From the NCBI GenBank assembly GCA_016199085.1, contig JACQHJ010000001.1, forward strand, positions 3,334-67,333: a stretch of 64,000 nt of DNA. Reading direction: 5' to 3'. The notes under the pieces were generated by a model that saw only the letters and a list, made by a program, of their open reading frames with translations, ran no database searches and had not been told where the DNA came from. The DNA comes from Candidatus Levyibacteriota bacterium (lineage in GTDB: Bacteria > Patescibacteriota > Microgenomatia > Levybacterales > UBA12049). Position 1 is the first letter of the stretch; each line of letters begins with the position of its first letter. Both the position numbers and the translations under genes were made by a program. Below are positions 47,957 through 58,170 of the stretch, one piece after another.

Positions 47957-48279
47957 GGACTTAATTCGCCTCCTACAGATTCCCGAGCACTATTTGTTCC
48001 TTCATTGGATTCTGTAACGGTTGGCGTGGGAAGCGGTGAAAGGCCTTGTTCCACTTGATCTTCTGAGACTTCAAAGGTATAGCTTGGTTCAATAATCTCT
48101 CTTTTTTTAAGTTCTTCAATAGTTTTCAAATCAAAATCAGGGTTTATAAAAAGAATTTGTTTGTTTACATCTTGGGGGATGGTGGAAGTCCTAAAACTAT
48201 GGTAAATGTTAAAAACAACCCATAGGATTACAACAATAACTAGGGGAACCAATAATATTAAAACGTCTTTTCTTTTCAT
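47953..48279 (-). CDS. bitopic hypothetical protein (PilP position)
   Basis: N-terminal TM; follows pilN-pilO. Confidence 0.65.
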   Translation of the reverse strand: MKRKDVLILLVPLVIVVILWVVFNIYHSFRTSTIPQDVNKQILFINPDFDLKTIEELKKREIIEPSYTFEVSEDQVEQGLSPLPTPTVTESNEGTNSARESVGGELSP

Positions 48280-48285
48280 ATAAAA

Positions 48286-48897
48286 TTACTCTTTATAAAA
48301 TACTTTTCCTTGTAAATTAAATTGCAATGAATTATCAAAAGCAGACATGTTTATACTGATGTTTGAAACATCGGTAACTCTTTGCATATTTTCAACTTTT
48401 TCTAAAAATGCCAATGCATTTTCTATTGTTCCTTTAGCGGTAATATTGAAAGTATAGTAGTAAAAATCTCCCTTTTTTGAATAAACGATATTTGATGCTT
48501 GAATACTGACAAGTTTCATAGAACTATTTACTACAAGAGTTTGTAATTGTCCTGTAATTTTTGGTGCCTCCGTGTTTTTAGGAACTGTTTCATAAATAAT
48601 CGGAAGATCGTCTTGTATACTGTTATATTTTGTTTGTAAAACCGAAAGATTATTAATTTTCTGCTCAAGTCTGTCGCTAACGAATTTCGCGTCCTCAAGT
48701 TGTTTTTGCAAGTTTGCGATGGTAGAAAGGGTCGGATTAATGGCAAAAAGTGCAAGGATAATAATTGCAATAAGAGTTAAAACAACTGTTGTAAACTTCT
48801 GGGCTTTTTCTTTTTTAAAGTCTGGAATAAGCTCCAAATATTTACTGTATTTCTCTTTATTCGCCTTTTTAAATAATTTATTAATTATTGTCTTCAT
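48286..48897 (-). CDS. pilO: type IV pilus assembly protein PilO-like
   Basis: TM, coiled coil, then a ferredoxin-like end (FL..VENMQRV); adjacent to pilN. Confidence 0.75.
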   Translation of the reverse strand: MKTIINKLFKKANKEKYSKYLELIPDFKKEKAQKFTTVVLTLIAIIILALFAINPTLSTIANLQKQLEDAKFVSDRLEQKINNLSVLQTKYNSIQDDLPIIYETVPKNTEAPKITGQLQTLVVNSSMKLVSIQASNIVYSKKGDFYYYTFNITAKGTIENALAFLEKVENMQRVTDVSNISINMSAFDNSLQFNLQGKVFYKE

Positions 48898-49444
48898 ATT
48901 CGCTTGCTATTGGTTTTAGTTTAGCCGTGATGTTAATTACAATTATGGCACTACTTGTTTTTGTTTCAATTTTCCCTATACTGACGCTTTCGATGTTTTC
49001 ATATGTTTTTAGCTTATTCGTGAAGCTGCTGAGAGCTGCAACTGAGTCGGCATTTATTTCTATAGCTATAGAATCAGAAGAAAGAGAAACTTTAGTAAAA
49101 TTAATTCCTGGTTCCGCAAGGTTTAAAATATCTTTATAAATCTGTATTTTTTTTGCTCCTATCTGGGAGAAGTTTTGGGCAATAGACAGTCTGTCTTGTA
49201 AATTGCGATATTCGTCTTCCTGTTTTTTAAATGCTACTACAATAGCCTGTTTTTGTTTTATCTTAGTATGAAGATCAACGAGTTGCTGGTCGAGGCCGAA
49301 TCTCCAAAGAAACGCACCCAAAGCGATAAGCTCGGTGATAATGATTAAAACCCTTCCTACGCTTAAGGCCCAATTGATAATTCTTTCAAATAAATCACTC
49401 TTTTGGTCTTTGACTAAATTTATGGAAACAAAGCGTTTTGCCAT
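48881..49444 (-). CDS. pilN: type IV pilus assembly protein PilN-like
   Basis: N-terminal INL motif, TM, coiled coil, PilN-like C-terminal domain. Confidence 0.72.
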   Translation of the reverse strand: MAKRFVSINLVKDQKSDLFERIINWALSVGRVLIIITELIALGAFLWRFGLDQQLVDLHTKIKQKQAIVVAFKKQEDEYRNLQDRLSIAQNFSQIGAKKIQIYKDILNLAEPGINFTKVSLSSDSIAIEINADSVAALSSFTNKLKTYENIESVSIGKIETKTSSAIIVINITAKLKPIASEYEDNN

Positions 49445-49491
49445 GCTAAATTTAGTCTAGGGGTTTTTGAGCTTTTTGTCAAAAGAAAAAG

Positions 49492-49788
49492 TTACTTTTT
49501 AGCCTTGGAAGATCTGGTTTTTGGAGTTTTCGGGGCAACCTTTTTCTTTGGCGCTGTTTTTATAAGTTTTGAGAGTCTTGATTTGATTCTGGCAGCTTTG
49601 TTTTTATGAATAAGCTTATTTTTGGCAATTTTATCGGTTAGTTGCACTGCTTTTCTGACAGCCTCGGATGACGGTTTTTTAATGGCTTGGCTTACTGCTT
49701 TTTTAAATTTTGCCTTAAGTAGAGAATTTCTTTGTGTTCTAATTTTGTCTTTTCTTAACTTTTTCTTAGCTGATTTTATTACTGGCAT
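49492..49788 (-). CDS. rpsT: 30S ribosomal protein S20 with Lys-rich tail
   Basis: IKSAKK, IHKNKAARIKSRL. Confidence 0.95.
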   Translation of the reverse strand: MPVIKSAKKKLRKDKIRTQRNSLLKAKFKKAVSQAIKKPSSEAVRKAVQLTDKIAKNKLIHKNKAARIKSRLSKLIKTAPKKKVAPKTPKTRSSKAKK

Positions 49789-49827
49789 GGCGCTATTTTA
49801 GCATGTTATACTGTATAAAACAACACT

Positions 49828-51495
49828 ATGCCGAAAGATTTTTTGAAAAAAAGTATAAGTCTTATCCTCCAGAGACAAAATAATATTTTATCCGCAGCCT
49901 TCGTCATAATGGCAACAATTATTTTTTCCCAAGTTTTGGGTCTTATAAGACAAAGACTTTTAGCAAGTATTTTCGGCGCATCTAATACTTTGGGTATCTA
50001 TTTTGCGTCTTCAAAAATGCCTGAATTTTTGTTTCAGCTTATTATTGCAGGAGCGCTTTCATCTGCTTTTATTCCTGTTTTTTCTGATTTTTTGGCCAAA
50101 GGAAAAGAAAAAGAGGCTCATAATGTCGCTTCAACTTTACTTGCACTTAGTCTTATTATTTTTTGTATTTTTGCCGTTTTTTTATTTATCTTTGCTCATG
50201 GTATTTCAGCAATCCTTGCTCCCGGATTTAGTCCCGAGCAGCTTGACTTAATGACTAGTCTTACAAGAATTATTATTTTTGGAGAAATAATCTTTATCGT
50301 TGGAAGCTTTCTTTCTGCCATGCTTCAATCTTATAACCATTTTTTTATTCCCGGTATCGCATCTTCACTTTATAACCTTGGGATAATCTTAAGCATCCTT
50401 TTTCTACATGAAACCTTTGGTATTTATTCGGCTGCATATGGAGTAATCTTGGGTGCTCTGATTTTTGTTTTAGCTCAGGTTCCGCTTATCAGAAAACTCG
50501 GTTTTTCTTTTAGGCCGACACTTTCTTTGGATTTTATTAAAAATAGCGCGGTAATGGATATTTTTAAGTTAATTTGGCCAAGGACGCTTTCGATTGCCAT
50601 TTTTCAACTGGGGACTTTGGTAACGGTTACTCTTGTATCTTACCTGCAAAATCCGGGAAGAAATTATGTAATTTTGGACTTTGCCCAAACCCTTGCTTTT
50701 GCGCCGGTTGCATTAATAGGACAGTCAATTGCCCAGGCGGCATTTCCGGTTTTATCTAAAGAAAAAGACAGACTTTCTGATTTTAAAGTGACATTTATGA
50801 CGAGTTTTACCCAGCTTTTATATTTAATCCTTCCCATCTCAATACTCCTTCTTGTATTAAGAATTCCTCTTGTAAGACTGGTTTACGGAGCATCGGCCTT
50901 TGACTGGGACGCTACGGTTTTAACCGGAAGGACTCTGGCATTTTTCAGTATTTCTTTGTTTGCCCAAGCTCTTTCATATCTAACTTCAAGAGGATTCTAT
51001 GCACTACATGATACAAAAACGCCGCTTGTAATCGGAGCAATCACCACATTTTTAATGATTATAACAAGTGCTATCTTTATTTTTGTCTATCAGTTTGGCA
51101 TAGAAAGTATAGCTTTGGCTTTTTCGATTGGTTCAATATTAAATTTCTTAATTATGTTTATATTTTTGGATATTAAAGTCGGAGGATTTGATAAGAAAAC
51201 TTTTCTTATCAATATGTCAAAAATCTCCCTTGCCTCGTTTTTCACCGCTTTTGCTTTATATGTCCCGATAAAACTTTTAGATCAATTAGTCTTTGATACC
51301 ACCAAAACAGTTAACCTCATTCTTTTAACTGGAATATCAAGCTTTATCGGACTTTCTCTGTATCTTTTCTTAACCTGGCTTTTTAATGTTAAGGAAGCAA
51401 CCATGTTTGTACTTCTATTTAAAAGAATTGGAGATTGGAGACAGATTCTTAAAAAGAGTGAAGAGACAATTGACGGAACAAGACTTAACCCGTAG
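49828..51495 (+). CDS. murJ: lipid II flippase MurJ/MviN
   Basis: LGLIR, GALSSAFIPVF, RGFYALHDTKTP; many TM helices. Confidence 0.92.
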   Translation: MPKDFLKKSISLILQRQNNILSAAFVIMATIIFSQVLGLIRQRLLASIFGASNTLGIYFASSKMPEFLFQLIIAGALSSAFIPVFSDFLAKGKEKEAHNVASTLLALSLIIFCIFAVFLFIFAHGISAILAPGFSPEQLDLMTSLTRIIIFGEIIFIVGSFLSAMLQSYNHFFIPGIASSLYNLGIILSILFLHETFGIYSAAYGVILGALIFVLAQVPLIRKLGFSFRPTLSLDFIKNSAVMDIFKLIWPRTLSIAIFQLGTLVTVTLVSYLQNPGRNYVILDFAQTLAFAPVALIGQSIAQAAFPVLSKEKDRLSDFKVTFMTSFTQLLYLILPISILLLVLRIPLVRLVYGASAFDWDATVLTGRTLAFFSISLFAQALSYLTSRGFYALHDTKTPLVIGAITTFLMIITSAIFIFVYQFGIESIALAFSIGSILNFLIMFIFLDIKVGGFDKKTFLINMSKISLASFFTAFALYVPIKLLDQLVFDTTKTVNLILLTGISSFIGLSLYLFLTWLFNVKEATMFVLLFKRIGDWRQILKKSEETIDGTRLNP

Positions 51496-51506
51496 AATAC
51501 GCTTCT

Positions 51507-53231
51507 ATGCAATATCAACAGATTCGTAACTTCGCCATCATTGCCCATGTTGACCATGGCAAATCAACTCTTGCAGATAGATTTCTGGAAATTACCAATA
51601 CCATTGGCAAAGACAAGCTCAAAGAGCAGTTTTTGGATCAAAGTCCAATTTCAAGAGAACGCGGTATTACGATAAAACTGGCACCTGTAAGGATGAAGTA
51701 TAAACTTTGGGAAAAAGAATATACCCTTGATTTAATCGATACTCCGGGTCACATGGATTTTTCCTATGAAGTATCAAGAACTTTAGCAGCGTGCGAAGGA
51801 GCTATACTTTTGGTTGATGCAACAAAAGGGATTCAGGCTCAAACAGTTGCCCATTTTAATGCGGCTAAAAAAGAAAATCTAAAACTAATTGCCGTGGTAA
51901 ACAAAATTGATCTTGATAGTGCCAATACAAAAGAAGTTACAAAAGATATAGTTGAATTGTTTGGATTTAAAGAGGAAGAAGTTCATTTTGTAAGCGCAAA
52001 AACAGGAGAAAACGTAGATAAACTTTTGCAAGCAGTTGTAGAAAAAATTCCACCTCCAAAAGTTTCTGAAAACGATCCTTTCAGGGCCTTGGTTTTTGAC
52101 GCTATCTTCGATGAACATAGGGGCGTAATTATTTTTATTAAAGTTGTTGGCGGAAGGGTTAAAAAACACGACCAGATTGAATTTATTCAAAGTAAAACCA
52201 AAGTTTTGGTTTCAGAAGTTGGCTTTTTCTCTCCCAGTCTTATAGGAAAAGAAGAACTGAGTGAGGGCGAAATTGGCTATGTCGTAACAGGTATTAAAGA
52301 CATTAGGCTTACAAGAGTAGGAGATACACTTAGATTCTTAGGATCAAACGTCTCTCCTTTAACAGGTTACGATATGCCAAAACCAATGGTTTTTTTCGGG
52401 GTTTATCCCAAATCCTCTAATGAATACGTCCACCTAAGAGAGGCTTTAAATAAACTTGCCTTAAACGATGGTTCTCTTACTGTTACAAACGAATATTCGG
52501 CATTTTTGGGAAGCGGTTTTAGGGTAGGATTCTTAGGACTCTTGCACGCTGAAATTGTTAAGGAAAGATTAAACCAGGAGCAAAACATAAACCCTCTTTT
52601 AACAATGCCAAGAGTTTTATACAAAGAAGAAAACGGTGAAATGCTCGAGCCCTATATGAACCTTTCTATTTTTGTTCCGGCAGATTATGTAGGAGCTGTT
52701 TTAACCGTTGCCCAAAACAAACGAGGAACACTACTTGATATGTCATATCACAAGCAAAATGCCATTTTAAAATATGAAATGCCATATTCAATGTTTATAA
52801 GAGGACTTTCTTCAGATCTTAAAAGCGTTTCTTCGGGTTTTGCAAGCTTGGATTACGAAATTTTGGGATATAAAAAAGCTGACCTTGTAAAAATGGATAT
52901 TTTGATAAACGACAATATAATCGATGTTTTATCAGAGCTTGTTTATAGTGACGAAGCTGTTTTTGTAGCCAGGGAAAGAATAGCAAAATTAAAAGAAAAT
53001 CTGCCAAAACAGCAGTATAAACAGGTAATCCAAGCAGCTATCGGTGCAAAAATTTTGGCAAGAACAGAAATTTCCCCTTTTCGAAAAGACGTTTTAGCAA
53101 AGATGTCAGGAGGAGATAGAACAAGAAAAGATAAGCTTTTGGAAGCACAGAAAAAAGGAAAATCAAAACTTATTAATATTTCTAAGGTGGAAATTCCTCA
53201 AAAAGCGCTTTTATCAATGATTGAAAGCTAG
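51507..53231 (+). CDS. lepA: elongation factor 4
   Basis: IAHVDHGKSTLAD, RERGITIK, DTPGH, NKID, GFLGLLH, GGD.TRK.KLL. Confidence 0.96.
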   Translation: MQYQQIRNFAIIAHVDHGKSTLADRFLEITNTIGKDKLKEQFLDQSPISRERGITIKLAPVRMKYKLWEKEYTLDLIDTPGHMDFSYEVSRTLAACEGAILLVDATKGIQAQTVAHFNAAKKENLKLIAVVNKIDLDSANTKEVTKDIVELFGFKEEEVHFVSAKTGENVDKLLQAVVEKIPPPKVSENDPFRALVFDAIFDEHRGVIIFIKVVGGRVKKHDQIEFIQSKTKVLVSEVGFFSPSLIGKEELSEGEIGYVVTGIKDIRLTRVGDTLRFLGSNVSPLTGYDMPKPMVFFGVYPKSSNEYVHLREALNKLALNDGSLTVTNEYSAFLGSGFRVGFLGLLHAEIVKERLNQEQNINPLLTMPRVLYKEENGEMLEPYMNLSIFVPADYVGAVLTVAQNKRGTLLDMSYHKQNAILKYEMPYSMFIRGLSSDLKSVSSGFASLDYEILGYKKADLVKMDILINDNIIDVLSELVYSDEAVFVARERIAKLKENLPKQQYKQVIQAAIGAKILARTEISPFRKDVLAKMSGGDRTRKDKLLEAQKKGKSKLINISKVEIPQKALLSMIES

Positions 53232-54664
53232 AGCGCCAGAAGAAGTATAGCTCCGATAAAGGCCATTAGCACTCCGATTGCACCAATTGTGATAAGTTCG
53301 GTTGGTCCTGTTGGTGGTAGAGGTGAAGGACTTGCAATAGACTCGGTTGGGGAAGCTTCGCTTCCTCCCTCGACGGTAACTTTGGCAGTACATGTTCCAG
53401 TCGCGCTTACCTTACCATTTTCATCGGTAATAGTTGCAACGGCATTAAATGTTCCTGAAGTTGCGTAAGTATGGGAAACCAAAACGCTTACAGAATTTGT
53501 TCCTACCCCTCCCGCATCCGTTACTTCCTGAGTTTGTCCGTCTCCAAACGTAAAACTGACTTTACTAATTGCAGCATCCGTACTTGATCCATTTGCAGTT
53601 AAATTAACTGAAAAAGGCGCTGTTCCGCTTGTCGCAGGATCAAGGTTAAGACTTGAGCAAGTTAGGGTTTCTGCCTGTCCTGCAGTTGTCGGAGTCGGAG
53701 TAAGGGTAAGTGTAGGAGAAGTTGTAACAGTAACAGTTGTTGATGCGGCTGTTATATTTATAGGCGTGGAACATCCTGGGGTTTGTAAACCCTGGTTGTC
53801 TGTTATTGTGGCAGATGCCGTGTAGCTTCCCGCTTTATCATATGTATGACCTGCTGAGGCTGTAGCAAGCGGAGTTCCATAACCTTCGGTCCCTTCCGCG
53901 CCATCAGATGGACTAATGTCTGTTCCGTCTCCGAAATCAATTTTTATACCCGCTACGCTTCCGTCATTGTCACTTCCAGTTGCGGTAAGTTTAACTGTGT
54001 ACGGCGCTTGTCCGCTTGTTGGCTTATCCAAAGAAAGATCCACGCAAACTGGTGCCTGTGAAGTCGTAGATTTTATATTAACAGAGCCTCCGGAAAGACC
54101 GGAAATAAGATTTGATCCGACTTCATCGGTATTAGTGGTTCCGCCTTGGGATATAAGTTGGCTTTGATTTCCGAATGTGACCTGAGTCGGAACATTTTCT
54201 TCTGTTGGAGCAATTGCCTTAAAAGTAACACTGGCTATTTTTGTTCTCGTTGTTAATACATTTTGTTGAGTTCCGCCGACAGACATAGCAACCGTTATCG
54301 TGCCGGGGCCGTAGTCAGGCCCTATGGGGATACTTGGAGTGAAAGTAGAGCCGTCAGCCGACGGCCATTGGGAAACAACAAAACTTCCCTCCATGGTTGC
54401 AAGCTTTGTTGAATCATACGACAGGACAAGCTTAACGTAGGAAATCTGGTTAATATTTGAGGGATCAATATAAATATCAAAGCTGACGTTTTCCCCTACA
54501 TTTTTTGTTTGGGGAGTGGGTAACATTGAAAGCGTGGTCGCAGCTTCTGCCGCGGATCTTGTTCTTTGCTGCTGACCCACTAAATACACGGTAACGGGAA
54601 TTGCGATTAGAAGCACAATGATAAAGCCAAAGAACAAAAGTTTTTTGCCCGATAACAACGACAT
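53228..54664 (-). CDS. surface protein with cohesin-like and two PKD domains, LPPTG-TM tail
   Basis: LSYD, two FGDG...HTY motifs; LPPTG at 53306-53320 followed by a hydrophobic helix. Confidence 0.82.
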   Translation of the reverse strand: MSLLSGKKLLFFGFIIVLLIAIPVTVYLVGQQQRTRSAAEAATTLSMLPTPQTKNVGENVSFDIYIDPSNINQISYVKLVLSYDSTKLATMEGSFVVSQWPSADGSTFTPSIPIGPDYGPGTITVAMSVGGTQQNVLTTRTKIASVTFKAIAPTEENVPTQVTFGNQSQLISQGGTTNTDEVGSNLISGLSGGSVNIKSTTSQAPVCVDLSLDKPTSGQAPYTVKLTATGSDNDGSVAGIKIDFGDGTDISPSDGAEGTEGYGTPLATASAGHTYDKAGSYTASATITDNQGLQTPGCSTPINITAASTTVTVTTSPTLTLTPTPTTAGQAETLTCSSLNLDPATSGTAPFSVNLTANGSSTDAAISKVSFTFGDGQTQEVTDAGGVGTNSVSVLVSHTYATSGTFNAVATITDENGKVSATGTCTAKVTVEGGSEASPTESIASPSPLPPTGPTELITIGAIGVLMAFIGAILLLAL

Positions 54665-54726
54665 ATTTTAGATTAACTTTATCGTATAGAAAATGCATCT
54701 TTGTGTCAAGGTTAAAAGCTTAAATA

Positions 54727-54782
54727 TTGACATTAAAAAACTTTTACGTTAAAATCAAGCAGTCACTTACGAGGAGTGATAT
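54727..54782 (+). promoter_or_regulatory. groES promoter with degenerate CIRCE element
   Basis: TTGACA 54727-54732, 17-bp spacer, TAAAAT 54750-54755; CAAGCAGTC-N9-GAGTGATAT at 54756-54782 versus consensus TTAGCACTC-N9-GAGTGCTAA. Confidence 0.65.
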
Positions 54783-54796
54783 TTTTTAGGCAAAAT

Positions 54797-55093
54797 ATGT
54801 CAAAAATAAACATAAAACCACTATTTGATAACGTTTTAATAAAACCTCTTCAAGCTGAGGAAAAAACGGCTTCAGGCATTATCCTTCCCGACAGCGCCAA
54901 AGAAAAACCTCAAATGGGAGAAATTGTAGCTGTTGGAGAAGGCAAAATTACCCCCAAAGGAGATAAGGAGCCAATGGTTGTAAAGGTAGGACAAAAAGTA
55001 ATGTACAAAAAATGGGGAGGAGACGAAGCAAAAATGGGGAATCAGGAATATATACTCGTAAAACAAGGTGATATTCTAGCTGTTGTAAGTTAA
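54797..55093 (+). CDS. groES: co-chaperonin GroES
   Basis: [29 protein letters not shown]; ATG 54797. Confidence 0.97.
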   Translation: MSKINIKPLFDNVLIKPLQAEEKTASGIILPDSAKEKPQMGEIVAVGEGKITPKGDKEPMVVKVGQKVMYKKWGGDEAKMGNQEYILVKQGDILAVVS

Positions 55094-55094
55094 T

Positions 55095-56732
55095 ATGGCA
55101 AAACAAATATTATATTCAGAAGAAGCAAGAAGCAAATTACAAAGCGGTGTTGACCAGTTAGCTAAAGCTGTGGCGACGACACTTGGTCCTAAAGGAAGAA
55201 ATGTTGCAGTCGACAAAAAATGGGGAGCTCCAAGCGTAATCCACGACGGCGTAACCGTTGCCAAAGAGATAGAACTTAAGGATCCGTTTGAAAATATGGG
55301 GGCACAGCTTGTAAAAGAAGCAGCTTCCAAAACCGCAGACGTTGCCGGAGATGGGACGACAACCGCAACTGTTCTTGCCGCCTCAATTGTTGATGAGGGA
55401 ATTAAAAATATAACCGCAGGCGCAAATCCGATGCTTTTAAAAAGAGGATTAGAAGAAGCAAGCAGAGCAGTAGTTGAGTTTATTAAGGGCAGGGCAAAAA
55501 ATATTAATATCAAAAACGATGCCGAAATCTCTCAGGTTGCAACAATTTCAGCAGGCGACGAAGTAATCGGAAAGCTTGTTGCAGAAGCATTGCAAAAGGT
55601 GGGTAAAGACGGAGTCGTTTCGGTTGAAGAAGGAAGAGGCTTAACGACAGAAATCGAGTATAAAGAAGGAATGGAATTTGATAAAGGATATGCCAGTGCA
55701 TATTTTGTCACTAATCCAGACAGGATGGAAACCGAAGTAGAAGATCCCCATATTTTAATTACCGATAAAAAGTTATCCAATCTCCAAGAATTCGTTCCTT
55801 TTCTTGAAAACTTAGTTAAAGTTTCCAAAAATCTTGTTATTATTGCAGACGATGTTGAAGGAGAAGTTTTGGCGCTTTTGGTAGTAAACAAATTAAAAGG
55901 AATACTAAATACAGTTGCAATTAAAGCACCTGGATTTGGAGATCGAAGAAAAGAAATGTTAGAAGATATAGCAATTCTAACTGGGGCAACAGTAATTAGT
56001 GAGGACACGGGAAGAAAATTTGATTCAGTTACGGTTGAAGATTGTGGAAGAGCAGATAAGGTTTGGGCAGATAAGGAAAACACAAGAATAATCGGCGGAA
56101 AAGGAAGTAAGCAAGCTTTAACTGCAAGAGTCTCCCAGATTAAAAAAGCAATTGAAGCCTCAACATCCGATTTTGATAAAGAAAAACTTTCCGAAAGACT
56201 GGCAAAATTAGCTGGTGGAGTAGCCGTTATAAATGTCGGTGCCGCAACTGAAGTTGAGATGAAAGAGAAAAAAGAAAGAGTTATCGACGCAGTTGCCGCA
56301 ACAAAAGCAGCTCTAGAAGAAGGAATAGTAAGTGGCGGTGGAGTAGTTTTACTTGAAGCGATTAAAGCGTTAGAGCCAAAATTACTCAAAAATATTCCAG
56401 GTGAAGGTGACCAGGCAACAGGAGTGTCTATACTTAGAAAAGCCTTGGAAGCGCCAACCAGAAAACTTGCCGAGAATGCAGGAATCAACGGAGACGTGGT
56501 TATCGATAACATCGCAAAAAAAGAATCAGGTTTTGGATACAACGTACTTACAAACACATATGTAGATATGATAAAGATGGGTATTATAGATCCGGTAAAA
56601 GTAACCAGAAGCGCAGTTGAAAATGCTGTCTCGGTTGCGACAATGATACTTACGACAGAAAGCTTAGTAACTGATTTGCCTGATGAGAAGAAAGATGCTC
56701 CGGGAATGCCCCCAGGTGGAATGGATTACTAA
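55095..56732 (+). CDS. groEL: chaperonin GroEL
   Basis: [31 protein letters not shown] tail. Confidence 0.98.
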   Translation: MAKQILYSEEARSKLQSGVDQLAKAVATTLGPKGRNVAVDKKWGAPSVIHDGVTVAKEIELKDPFENMGAQLVKEAASKTADVAGDGTTTATVLAASIVDEGIKNITAGANPMLLKRGLEEASRAVVEFIKGRAKNINIKNDAEISQVATISAGDEVIGKLVAEALQKVGKDGVVSVEEGRGLTTEIEYKEGMEFDKGYASAYFVTNPDRMETEVEDPHILITDKKLSNLQEFVPFLENLVKVSKNLVIIADDVEGEVLALLVVNKLKGILNTVAIKAPGFGDRRKEMLEDIAILTGATVISEDTGRKFDSVTVEDCGRADKVWADKENTRIIGGKGSKQALTARVSQIKKAIEASTSDFDKEKLSERLAKLAGGVAVINVGAATEVEMKEKKERVIDAVAATKAALEEGIVSGGGVVLLEAIKALEPKLLKNIPGEGDQATGVSILRKALEAPTRKLAENAGINGDVVIDNIAKKESGFGYNVLTNTYVDMIKMGIIDPVKVTRSAVENAVSVATMILTTESLVTDLPDEKKDAPGMPPGGMDY

Positions 56733-56793
56733 CTCCTTAAGTCTTTAAACTCTGCGGTTTTTTTATTTGATTTTTTAGGATATAATAAACCAC

Positions 56794-57633
56794 ATGAGAA
56801 AGTTGCTTTTCATTTTAGCTTGTTTTTTAATAGCTTTCTTAATCTTTGGTTTGGTAGTTTACCTTCTTGGCAAGCGTCCTGAAAAAGGAGCTTTGCAGAT
56901 TACTTCAAATCCTAAAGCCCAAGTTTATGTTGATTCCAAACTCGTCGGAGAAACACCGCTTTGTCTTTGCGAAGCAAAAGACATGTTAAACTCCGGAGAA
57001 TATACGATAAGACTTGTTCCAAAAGCAGGAAACTTTGAACCCTTCCAGAGAAAAATAACCATTAGCCCGAAAGTCCTAACAGTTGTCGATAGAACTTTTT
57101 CCCAGACTGCGCTTTCCCAAGCAAGTATAATTACGCTTGCCAAAATTGACGACAAAAACGACGCACAAATTTCAGTCATCTCATTTCCTACGGACGCACA
57201 AGTTTATCTAGACAGTGAGTTGGTTGGTCAAAGCCCTCTTCTTCTAAAAAACATTACCCAGTCTGATCATGAAGTAAAAGTTATTAGACAAGGTTATAAA
57301 GATAAAACAGTTAGAATAAAAACTGTTCTTGGATATAAACTGGAAACCGTAATCTATCTTGGTATTGATCCACAGATTGCAACCAGTTCTGCAACTTTAA
57401 TTTCTTCACCTTCGGCACAAACAGTTGCAACAGAGGAGAAAATAACAATCCTTAGTACTCCAACAGGATTTTTAAGAGTAAGGGAGACCCCAAATACAGC
57501 TGGTGCAGAAGTTGGCAGAGTCAATCCCGACGAAACCTACGATTTACTAGACGAACAAAGCGGTTGGTATAAAATTAAGCTTGAAAATGGGATAGAGGGT
57601 TGGGTAAGTGCTCAGTACGCTAAGAAACAATAA
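56794..57633 (+). CDS. PEGA and SH3b domain exported protein
   Basis: ITSNPKAQVYVD..GETP, a second PEGA repeat, LRVR...WYKI...GWVS. Confidence 0.85.
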   Translation: MRKLLFILACFLIAFLIFGLVVYLLGKRPEKGALQITSNPKAQVYVDSKLVGETPLCLCEAKDMLNSGEYTIRLVPKAGNFEPFQRKITISPKVLTVVDRTFSQTALSQASIITLAKIDDKNDAQISVISFPTDAQVYLDSELVGQSPLLLKNITQSDHEVKVIRQGYKDKTVRIKTVLGYKLETVIYLGIDPQIATSSATLISSPSAQTVATEEKITILSTPTGFLRVRETPNTAGAEVGRVNPDETYDLLDEQSGWYKIKLENGIEGWVSAQYAKKQ

Positions 57634-57643
57634 TCTCCATAAC

Positions 57644-58141
57644 TTACTTAATCTTGTTTAAAAATGAATCCATGTCTTTTGTATTTTTAAGAATAAAAAT
57701 TCTTTTTGTGTCTTTATGTTTACTCAAAATTTCTAATATTGTTTTTCTAGAAAAAAGTAAGCATTTTTTTATTAGCATAAAAGTTAATCTCTCTTTTAGA
57801 TACTCGGGCATATCGGGTCTGGTGGTTCCTCTATAGGAAAGTCTCCTTTTTAAAATACGATATAAAGATAACCATTTAGGTAGGTCAAGAAAGATAACCA
57901 CATCAGCGGAATTGATTCTTTTATCAAGTGTTCTTTTATAGTTTCCATCCATGATCCACTTTTCTCTATTAATAAATTCTTCAATTATCTTATCCCATTC
58001 TTCACGGCTGACCTGGATAAAATTCTTTTTATGAAAATATGTATCAAGATGGATAACGGGAAGATTTAGTTTCTTACCAAGTATTTTTGAAAACGTAGAT
58101 TTTCCTGATCCTGTATTACCAATTACGATTATTTTAAGCAC
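57644..58141 (-). CDS. FlaR-like P-loop (adenylate kinase family) protein
   Basis: GNTGSGKST, HLD, WIMDGNY. Confidence 0.85.
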   Translation of the reverse strand: MLKIIVIGNTGSGKSTFSKILGKKLNLPVIHLDTYFHKKNFIQVSREEWDKIIEEFINREKWIMDGNYKRTLDKRINSADVVIFLDLPKWLSLYRILKRRLSYRGTTRPDMPEYLKERLTFMLIKKCLLFSRKTILEILSKHKDTKRIFILKNTKDMDSFLNKIK

Positions 58142-58170
58142 ATAAAGATTATATCAAAGTTAAAAAGCGA

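Noticed and set aside
52600-52660. LepA shorter than usual around YKEENGEMLEPY
   Set aside because: In-frame loop shortening with all GTPase motifs intact; consistent with ordinary streamlining
55532-56557. 341-aa antisense ORF
   Set aside because: Mirror frame of groEL with no independent motif; the same applies to the other short antisense or alternate-frame ORFs in the track
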